Shown one piece after another: positions 54,336 to 64,000 of a stretch of 64,000 nucleotides of DNA (positions within the stretch are counted from its first letter, which is position 1; every line of letters begins with the position of its first letter). Made by a program: the position numbers and the translations under genes. Under the pieces are notes generated by a model that saw only the letters and a list, made by a program, of their open reading frames with translations, made no database searches and had not been told where the DNA came from. The stretch comes from Octopus vulgaris. Taxonomy: Eukaryota. The DNA lies in NCBI GenBank assembly GCA_951406725.2, contig OX597822.1, positions 35,960,001 to 36,024,000 on the forward strand, in the 5' to 3' direction.

Positions 54336-54660
54336 TACTCTTTTACTTGTTTCAGTCATTTGACTGTGGCCATGCTGGAGCACCACCTTTAGTCAAGCAA
54401 ATCAACCCCGGGACTTATTCTTTGTAAGCCTAGTACTTATTCTATCGGCCTACTTTGCCGGACCGCTAAGTTACGGGGACATAAACACACCAGCATTGGT
54501 TGTGAAGCAATGTTGTGGGGACAAGCACAAACATACATATATACGACAGGCTTCTTTCAGTTTTCTTCTACCAAATCCACTCAAAAGGCTTTGGTCGGCC
54601 TGAGGCTATAGTAGAAGACACTTGCCCAAGGTGCCACGCAGTGGGACTGAACCCGGAGCC
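54336..54660 (-). mobile_element. SINE family A, reverse orientation, head-truncated
   Basis: Reverse complement of the family A body (tactcttttacttgtttcagtcatttgac ... cagtgggactgaacccgg). Confidence 0.88.
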
Positions 54661-56015
54661 ATAATAAAGTTTCTGACAATGGGACCGTATCATTTTGTTA
54701 CCATATACAAGTGCAGATTTGTGAATATTTTGAATAACCATCAAAGGATTTTATAAAATTTGAATAATACCAATGCTTGTACTTGTTTGCTTTCCGTGAA
54801 TGCCAACTCCTTGACATAAGGAAACCATAGTTACACAGCGACAATGTGTGTTTCAATAGATGGATAAACTGGGGTACCTGTTGTTGTTTAGCTATAGACC
54901 AGCCCTGATTGAGCAAGACCGATGATCAAATGCCTTCTAGCTATGACCATTCCATCTTCTTTTTCTATATCTAGAACTAAATACACTCTCCATTGTGTCC
55001 CTCTTTTCTCAAGACAGTGGAGTGCAATTTCAGAGAAATTGGCTGCTTTTCCTATCAGGTCAGGTGACTGTATAGAGCAGTGGCCTCAATCTGTTGAATG
55101 TGGTTCACTGGAGATTAAATAATAAAATTTACTGGTACACAGGAAATTAAGGAAAAAATTTATTGGTACACTTTACATGGGTACTTAAGCAAAACTGTTT
55201 TAACCATTTCCTTACCATATTTCTCTTGAAATATTTTGCCTTTGTTTCCATTAATGAACAATTTAGTAAACTAATCTAGTCATTATTAAGCTAGCCTTTG
55301 AAATGTGAATTAACAAGATTTTAATCTAGATCATTTAAAAATAGTCTAGGATCAGTCTCAGACAATTTAGTATTAAAAGCAATAAAGTAAAAACTTATTT
55401 AAACCCTTTTGTTACCATATTTCAATTGAAATACTTTGCCTCTATCTCAATTAAGTAATACTTTAGTAATATAATTTGGCCTTATTAAGTTGTTATGTAG
55501 AACAAACATTAACATGAAATTTCAATGGCACTTTAAAACAGGATGTTTGTATCTGAGAACTAGTTGCAGCTAGTTTCAGGCAGATTAATATCAAGAGTTA
55601 AATGTTAAAAATTAGAAAAAATATAGAAAATCATTTAGCTTGTCTTATTCATCATAATGAATTAAGAATAATATATTTTTAAAGATGCTCTGGCATTAGT
55701 TTGGTTTTCTAAAAAATGAATCATATATTTAAAAATCTACAACAAACCTAGAGACTCTATGTAGTGCATCATTTGAGGACCACTTACGCAGAGGCTCCCT
55801 GTCCTCTTTCTTTCTGGATATAGTTGGCAGTTGGCCTTCCCCTGTTAAAGGATCTTTTCTAAATTTTATTTTTAATTTATCTGCATACAGGGACCACTTT
55901 TTTCAGCAAACTCTAGACCATGAGTCAGATTGTACTAGGTTGCACCTACTAGTAGTATGTGAAACCTTTAGATGTAAACTAATTTGCATTTGAAATGATT
56001 ACAGTAGTTATTGTA

Positions 56016-56885
56016 CAGGGGTTGGACAAAATAATGGAAACACCTTAAAGTTTAAAACAAATTTATTCTAATATGGGGTAGGACTGCCTTTGGCAGTAAT
56101 TACAGCTTGAATTCTATGACATATGGACTCATACAAAGTTTGAATTGTTTCCAAAGGAATTTTTGTCAATTTTTCAGCTAAAACAGTCTCCAGTTCTTGT
56201 ATTGATGATGGTGGAGGATATTGCCTCCTTACTTGTTTTTCTAAAATGCACCATAACTGTTCAATAATATTGAGATCTGGGGACTGTGGTGGGCAGATAA
56301 GATGTTCAAATTCACTAGAATGTTCCTTGTGCCATTCAGTAACAGCTTTAGCTGTGTGAATTGGTGTATTATCATTAGTGGTTTTCTGATTGCAGTTCAC
56401 TGTGAAATCCAGCTTTGTGCAGCTCCCGGCAAACAATTTTTGTGGAAACTGGGTTCTCAAGGTGATCATTAAGACCTGCAGTAATTTTGGGAGCTGTACT
56501 TTTGTGATCCTTTCTAACAATTCGCATAAGAGTTCGACAGTCCCTATCTAAAAGTTTTGGTTTGCTTCCGGAGTTTCGTTTCGATGAGGAAGTTTTTCCC
56601 TCTTTCTCAAAGACTGTCATTACTTTTGAGACATTTCAGCTGTTTTCGTTACGTTAGCGCCTACCATACAAGCACCAACAATTTGACCTCTTTGAAAGTC
56701 CAATAGATCTGTCATTTCAATGAATTTTAATTACCTTTTTCTGATGATATCTGAAAAGAAACTGCAATTTTAGCAAAAACATATTAAGTAACACTTATAA
56801 TAAATCAATAAACAAGCTTTTGACGGTTTTATAAATATTCCAAAATTATGATGCTAGGTGTTTCCATTATTTTGTCCAACCCCTG
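56016..56885 (-). mobile_element. Internally deleted Tc1-family DNA transposon
   Basis: Perfect 30-bp TIRs (CAGGGGTTGGACAAAATAATGGAAACACCT) flanked by TA on both sides. Minus-strand frames give an HTH region (SGSKPKLLDRDCRTLMRIVRK) and catalytic motifs DNTPIH...PPQSPDLNIIEQLW. Only 870 bp and frame-disrupted. Confidence 0.93.
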
Positions 56886-57463
56886 TATATACATATGTTC
56901 CATAACAGGATACCCCTGGAAAGTCAATTTGGGTATCTTATTATTTGGGGTATTTTACTTATTCAATTTTTTTATTCATCCCATCCTGCTCCATCACAGA
57001 TCCTTGTTGCCAAATTAACCCTTTAATATACAAACTGGCCATATCCAGCCCAAATATTCCACCTGTTTTATGTTCAAATTAACCAGATCCAACCTCTCAC
57101 ACCTACCCTACAATGTCTTTTAAAAATAAACACCTACATCACTGAAATCTCAAAGCTGCAAGATAATGCATGATTAACTCAAAACAATGTCAATAAATAA
57201 GAATTACATTTGACAGAATAATCTAAATGCTAATGAGCTAAACTTGATTTCTATTTCCCAGTGTTTCATGTATATACTTAGTGCTAGATCACCAACCCAT
57301 AGATTTCTTGTTTTCCAGAAGTTGGATCAGTTGTCAAACAAGCTGTGTTATGTATCTGATTTAAGGATAAAATATCCACATTTCAAACCAGAATTAATAT
57401 TGGAAAAAATTTGATAAAAAATGTAAACATATGTGCGTGTTTGTGTATACATACACACACATG

Positions 57464-57684
57464 CTGGGATGGGCAAAAGTAGGTATATAATTGCATATAT
57501 ATATGTATATATGTAAGCATTTCAAGATGTATATAAAAATAAAAAAAGATGGCTTCCAATGAACTAGGCATCTCTCACAGATCTCTTAGTCGACTTATGA
57601 AATCACTTGGGTAAAAAAGGAATAGAGAAATGGAAAGAACATTCCACTCATTAAGCAACTTATACCTATTTTTGCCCACCCCTG
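57464..57684. mobile_element. Tc1/mariner-type MITE just upstream of exon 6
   Basis: 24-bp TIR CTGGGATGGGCAAAAGTAGGTATA / TATACCTATTTTTGCCCACCCCTG (3 mismatches), followed by TA. Confidence 0.75.
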
Positions 57685-57732
57685 TATAAACACATACACA
57701 CATATATATAAAAAAATTTTTTAATCTTTTAG

Positions 57733-57931
57733 GATTGCAAATCAACATATACTTGGCCACCGAAGCACCCATGGGCACGCCGCAGCAACCTAGTCCATAA
57801 TTCACCAGAACTTGACTGTTCGGAATCTACCCAATCAATAAGTGGTACACCTAGTGTAGGGCCGCCAATTCATTCATGTGGGCCATGGTCAGCTGACCCA
57901 CTTCACCTTCCTAGAAACATGTGGCCCACAG
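57733..57931 (+). CDS. Coding exon 6 (DCKSTYTWPPKHPWARRSN...LPRNMWPT)
   Basis: Acceptor ttaatcttttag|GAT TGC AAA, phase 0. 199 nt open, higher GC than its flanks, with the same TWP/WP motifs as exon 3. Donor ACAG|GTAAAG, phase 1. Confidence 0.82.
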
Positions 57932-58084
57932 GTAAAGTTTTGCATTTTATATTTACTGCTTTTTTTTTTTTTTTTACTTATAATTGTTACAGGATTTTGG
58001 TAACATTCCAGTCCTGGTGCAGACGACCTCTGTAGTGCCAGCAGCATGATACAACTCACCTTAGTTCATATTACAAACCACCAT

Positions 58085-58372
58085 TAGGTCCTGTCCTTTA
58101 TGCAATGTGGTGGTTTGTGTGCTATGCCAGGGAAGTAGAAAACTCCTGGTTAGGGCCTCCCATACTGGACAGATCAAAGGACAGAGGCCAGACTATGAAC
58201 TGCCTCTTCCCAGGGGTAAAAATTGGTTTGTGTTGCATCAACCCCACCTAGAAAAATCAAAGTTACAGTAGCATTGATGACACTTGAAAACCTACAAGAC
58301 CTGGGAGAGAACAGTGGAGAAAGGTCATTGATAGCTTATGATCCATGGGGAGTGAAGGACTTAAGTGAGTGA
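58085..58372 (+). mobile_element. Non-autonomous RTE-derived element, related to 36345-36790
   Basis: gctatgcc...cctggttagggcctccatactggacagatcaaagg...ccagact, and 3' end gcttatgatccatggggagtgaaggacttaagtgagt. Confidence 0.45.
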
Positions 58373-59765
58373 CATTGCAAAGTTGTTAAGAGGAAAGGTT
58401 GGTAAAAATGAAAGCAAAAGGAAAGGAAGATGGAGCATAGATGTTGACACCGTGAGCCACAATGGGAGCAGCCTGTATCAGAGAGCAGATACTCTAACAC
58501 TATATAAAAGTCTTCCATAATGCTGGTAGCACAATGAAATATGCCTAGTCCATGCTGGAAAATGGTTGGTGATAGAAATGAAAACCATACCAAAATCACA
58601 GCATACACAGCAGCAAAGATTGGTGATTTTCCTCTGTAAGAGTGTCAAATGGTCATGGCTGGAGTGCTTTGTGGCAGTTTCTTTTATCTCTGAACACTCT
58701 GAATTGAAGGAGTAAATTTTTCATTTCTTCACTCGTAGTTGATAAAAAAAATTCAGTTGTTCTAAACTTAGGTAACCATGTTTCTAATGAAATATACTGT
58801 CACAATGTTCTAATTGATTTTCTTAGTTGGTATTTGCCTTTATCTCCACATAAGTTTACTGATTGTAAATAAAGGCCTCACTTTTCATTACAGTCAGTGC
58901 CCTTTGCTTGCCGTTCACAATGAAATCATGTCCAGGCTTCCTGACATTGCTTAATCCTTTAGCATTTAAACCAATCATATCCAGCCCAGATATTCTACTT
59001 GTTTTATGTTCAAACAAACCAGATCTGGCTTTTCACACCTATCCTACAATGCCACTCTAAAAATATACCAATTACATTGTGAATAAATAAGTATTACAGG
59101 TGACAGAGTAATCTGAATGCTAAAGGCTGAACTAAAAGTTGTGCAATCTTTGTAAACTAAAGGTTCGTCCAAACAGTGCTGTTCGTTGTTCAATAGAAAG
59201 AGGGGATTGTTACCTTACTTGGAAACAGGTGAGTGTTAGCATCAGGAAGAGCATCTCGCCATAGATAACTCTTGCTTCAATATATTCTCGTCTGAGTCTT
59301 ACAAGCATGGAAAAGAAGACCTGAAAAAAATGAAATCAAGAATTTTCATGGGGTTTAGTAAAATGACTAATTTCTTCCATTATTAAATTGATATTTGGAA
59401 CATAATTTAAAAGGCTACAAACACTGACACAAACAATTTTAATGGTGAGTCAATATGTTAAAGTGTCTAGTTTTAGTATTTTATATATATAGAGAGAGAG
59501 AGAGAGATAAAACTTACTTGGGAAAGGATGTGTAGCATTCGATCGTGCCTGACTGGCCCTCGTGAAGCACCTACTTCACTCTAGGAGTGGTTGGCATTAG
59601 GAAGGGCATCCAGCTGTAGAAACTCTGCCAGATCAGATTGGAGCCTGATGCAGCCATTTGGTTCACCAGTCCTCAGTCAAATCGTCCAACCCATGCTAGC
59701 ATGAAAAGCAGACGTTAAACGATGATGATATGCATATATACATACATATATGTACATACCTACAT

Positions 59766-60144
59766 TTCTGGTTAATGACATGGGATGTTGGTAACGATCA
59801 CGCTCGAATGGTGCCCTTTTACATGCCACAGTTACTGGCTTCCATACCTGTGGCACGTAAAAGGGCACCATTCGAGCGTGATCGTTACCAATGTCGCTTC
59901 AGTGGCACGTGTAAAAAGATTCGAGCGAGGTCATTACCAGTACTGCCTGACTGGCCCCCGTGCCGGTGGCACGTAAAAAGCACCCACTACACTCTCGGAG
60001 TGGTTGGCATTAGGAAGGGCATCCAGCTGTAAAAACTCTGCCAGATCAAGATTGGAGCCTGGTGCAGTCATCTGGTTCGCCAGCCTTCAGTCAAAATCGT
60101 CCAACCCATGCTAGCATGGAAAGCAGACGTTAAATGATGATATG
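59766..60144 (+). mobile_element. SINE-like family B copy with a 21-bp flanking direct repeat
   Basis: CATATATGTACATACCTACAT at 59745-59765 and 60145-60165. Confidence 0.8.
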
Positions 60145-60355
60145 CATATATGTACATACCTACATATATATGTATATATACATGCATATACGGGTACAGG
60201 ACATCAAAAAAACGTTGAACACAATGAGAAACGAAAGCATAAAAACATAGAAAACAAACTTTTTTCGAACATATATATGTATGTATGTATGTATGTATAT
60301 GGATATACACACACACATATTCATACACATTGATATTTTGTTTTGTTTATTGCAG

Positions 60356-60432
60356 GAATACCCTCCCACACACCGAACCAGAATTCAGGTCATCAAGGCT
60401 ATGGTGCTTTACATTTGGCTAATCGAGAATAG
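60356..60432 (+). CDS. Terminal coding exon 7 (GIPSHTPNQNSGHQGYGALHLANRE*)
   Basis: Acceptor ttttgtttattgcag|GA ATA CCC completes G+GA=Gly. TAG at 60430-60432. Followed by SINE-poor, AT-rich, 3'UTR-like sequence. Confidence 0.75.
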
Positions 60433-62137
60433 ATGTTGGATGTATACAGAATCAATTATCTTGTCCCATTACCTTCCTGCCCCCTACCTCTCTCTCTCCT
60501 CCTCCTCCCATCCATCCAATTAGCAAGCAGACATTCTCCTCTCTGCCTCTATTAATTTGTTAAATACATTTCCAAAGATTTATTTTTATATACATACACA
60601 TATAAATCTACAAGTGCACACACATTTTTTTTTTTACACCTACAGTACCAATGGTCAATACACACAGACACACACCAGTTTTGTTTTTAATGAAACATAA
60701 GCTAACAGAAAGGCTCTTCAACACATTTATACCCAAATCCACACACACACACACACACTTCAAGCATACCCCAATCCTTTAAACTATAAACATTTCTAAT
60801 GGCTATAATAAACCTGTCGTTTGGGTAAGTTGTATGTAATCATTGAATGAAAGAATTTCGCCATTAGTCAGTTCACTGGTGGAAAACATTTTGGTATTTA
60901 AGCCTACAGATGAAATTTGTTTGTCTGTTTTTTGTTATTTATTTGTTTTGTTTATTCTCTCGGTCATTTAAACCTTTGTTTGATGTTATCACTGGCTAGT
61001 CATAGTAATCTAACTCTGTTTTGTTTTTTGTTTTTAATGTAGTTTTGTTAATCTTATTGAAAATATGTACCCACGTGTGCATATACACATATACAGTGAC
61101 ACAAATATTTTAATTAATGTCATTAATCCTTTTCATATGAGTCTGCCTGACACCATCCCTGGTTCTACGGTATAAGCTTCCTGTTTCAAAAGTGAGCTAA
61201 TGTTCGAAACACTAGTTGAATAATGACTATTATTTATATACTAAAGTCGTCGTTATATTTCAATATTAATTGAAATGAAAGTAGCTTAATTCAACAGAAA
61301 TCTGGTAACAAAAGGGTATAACTTGTTAATGTACATTTGCAACATACTCAAATATATATACATGGAGTCTTTCTTTTATTATTTTTGCAATTGGAACAGA
61401 AAGACAATAGCTTGGAGATACTCCTCAGATATTTTTCGATGCAGTAATGGTTTTTCATTCATTCTGTCGTAACATCTGTCACAAATTCTTCACTCTGGCG
61501 CTCTACATCCTCATATACATTAGAAGCCATTTTGTTTTGTTTTACATTAATTTTTAAATATTTGAGATAAATACCCTGCTTTACATTATGCTTTTTTCTT
61601 TTCTTGATCTTTGATCACTTTTTGTCTTAAAAACCTTTTTGTGTAGTTTTTTCAGGATATGTGAAAGAAAACTTGCTGACAAGGAAACTTTGGTTTCAAT
61701 TCTCTTCAAAATAAACTTTTGAATAATTTCTTAATATGACCATTCAGTTTTAGCAAGAGATGATACAAGCTGGCAGCATTTTTCTTTTAATTAAAACGTC
61801 AACTGTCAGTAGGTTATCTTGACAAACAATAAACTTCTGAAGAGAACAAAAAATCCTTACAATTGTGATTTATTTAGGAACTTAATCACATTACCAGCTG
61901 TTGGCACTGTATTACTTTATATTTTACTATTTTAACATTATTTCTTTTTGCACTGCACATGGATTTATTGGGCAAAAACAGCTTTGGCCTCTCTGAAACA
62001 AGGATTATTTACTATTTTGTCATACTATATCATAAAATATTCCCTAGCAAACAGACTTGTATTTCCCATTTTTCATGGCTTATACTTTGTATCATACACA
62101 GTGAGGAGTGTTTTAACAAGCTTTTTGCTTTTTTACA

Positions 62138-62171
<34 letters not shown>

Positions 62172-62260
62172 TGCTATAATCTAATGATAGTGTTCGAGTG
62201 TAGTCCTTTTCATATTCACAATTATTGCCTGCAAAAATAAATCCTAATTCTAAAAGGCTC
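60433..62260 (+). other. Probable 3' UTR of the host gene with candidate AATAAA signals
   Basis: U-rich, largely SINE-free stretch after the stop. AATAAA near 60806, 61828 and 62236. The true 3' end cannot be determined from sequence. Confidence 0.45.
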
Positions 62261-63850
62261 ATATTGGTTGCTTTCTGTATCCACCCTGTTAACATCAAGG
62301 CTAGAATGAACTCCATATCCTGATTCTTAACAAAAAAAACTACGTAATAATTTAATTACGCCATACTTATATATATATTTATATTTAATTGGGTATCTGC
62401 TTGCTTCTTTGTTTTCAGTATGTGGCAGAAGGATGCATGCAACCTTTTGTGTGTTATTTCAGCCTTTTCTGATGATATATCAAAGAAAATTTTTATTTAG
62501 AAAGATCGTTTCATGTGTGTGTGTATCACATGACTGATCAGAATATATCAGATGTTGTTACACATCACTGGTCACAGTGTACTTTGCATCATTTTAGCCT
62601 TCCAATGTGGGCAATAAAGAAATAAATATTCTCCATTTCCCACAAGGCAACTAGCAAGTACCAGTTGAGCCACCTCCCTGTAATTGTTGGCCATGTACCA
62701 AAATTTGAAACCAGTATCCACTTCCCTTGAACTGTTTTCAATTTACACACTGTTACATGAAACCATAGCATGCCATTACTGGTTTCTGCTAGTTATAGGC
62801 TTGCATGTCCATGTTAGCTAATTGCAGGTTACTCCCATCGTCAGATGATTAACCTTGAAATTACAGTGTATCATAAAAAAAAAGGCAGCCTATTAGTATT
62901 TGAATTAAGCTTTTATTGTTATTAACATTCATTCTCTGAGTTCAGTACCTTCTTGGATCAACTTTGCATTTCATTTCTCATAGGTCGATAAAGCAATTAC
63001 AAGTTACATAACATGTTGGACTAATTAACTTCATACCCTCTTCTACAAATTTATGCACTTTACTAATCTAAGAATTCATTATTAACATTCATTTTAATCA
63101 GTTTTAAAAACCCTCATTACTACACTATATTGCTGTCCAATTGAATCATCTCTTCCAGTCATATCAAGTAAAACCTTCAACTTTTCTGTATATTTTAGCA
63201 AGATTCCAGTTAGCTTTTTAGTGATGCTGATTATAAAATATTGTCCAGACATTACTATTAGACAAGCCTCTCTGTTTGGTGTTTTAGAACATGACCTTTA
63301 AGCCAAGTATTGAGAAGAAGATCCATCAAGCCAAGTAAAATCACAGTCGTGGCAGAAACTGGTGTCATGCAAATGGCACCCATGCTGGTGGCACATAAAA
63401 GTACTCATTACACTCTCAGAGTGGTTGGCATTAGGAAGGGCATCCAGCCATAAGAACCATGCCAAATCAAATTGGAGTCTGGTGCACCCTGCCAGCTTAC
63501 CAGCTCTGGTCAAACCATCCAACCCATGCCAGCATGGACTTTGGACATTAAATGATGATGACAAAAGTCATGTTTGTTTTACTCCCCTCCTTTCATCCTC
63601 TACAATAATAATTCTTTCTATAATAGGCACAAGGCCTGAAATTTTGAGAAAAGGAACTAGTCAATTACACTGACCCCCTTCCCCCTGTGTTCAACTGCTC
63701 CTTATTTTATCAACCCCAATTGGATGAAAGGCAAAGTTGACTTCAGTTGATTTTGAACTCATAATGTAAAAAGTAGGATGAAATGCTGCTAAGCATTTTG
63801 TCCAATTCACTAGCAATTCTGCTAGCTTAATGCCTTAATAATGATAATAA

Positions 63851-64000
63851 TGTGGAGGTGCAATGGCCCAGTGGTTAGGGCAGCGGACTCGCGTTCGATT
63901 GCAGTTTTAATTCCCAGACTGGGCGTTGTGTTTATTGTGCAAAAACTCCTAAAGCTCCACGAGGCTCCGGCAGATGATGGTGGCGAACCCTGCTCTACTC
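63851..64000 (+). mobile_element. 5' head of a tRNA-derived SINE, cut by the window edge
   Basis: tggcccagtggttagggcagcggactcgc A-box/anticodon-like arm with a degenerate B-box. No acceptor stem closure. Confidence 0.55.

Noticed and set aside
56741-56760. CTGATGA...GAAA hammerhead-like words (also 22328, 62469)
   Set aside because: No stem I/II/III pairing or correctly placed cleavage triplet.
63851-63930. Possible tRNA gene (also the heads at 18095, 37680, 53072)
   Set aside because: A/B-box-like heads run straight into SINE bodies, with no complete cloverleaf or acceptor stem.

Overview
AT-rich eukaryotic DNA dense in microsatellites and SINEs. The repeat families look like octopus/coleoid cephalopod genome (inference from the repeats, not a database result). 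One large + strand protein-coding gene spans the window. I reconstructed 7 coding exons by hand (303-884, 11816-12569, 20174-20879, 29894-30016, 50241-50331, 57733-57931, 60356-60432). All introns are GT-AG with matching phases, giving 2532 nt = 843 aa + stop. I cannot name the protein: it has an N-terminal helical region ending in a BAR-helix-3-like motif, then a long disordered tail with repeated TWP/WP motifs. The introns hold several tRNA-derived SINE families, Tc1/mariner relics, hAT- and piggyBac-type MITEs, a non-autonomous Helitron, and LINE 3' fragments (Tx1/L1-like, Dong/R4-like, RTE-like, Penelope-like). The most notable signal is a structurally complete type I hammerhead ribozyme at 51012-51059, sense to the host pre-mRNA in intron 5. 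It sits inside a ~346-bp partially tandem, partially inverted repeat with retrozyme/Penelope-like architecture. Most ORFs in the supplied track are microsatellite or SINE artefacts.
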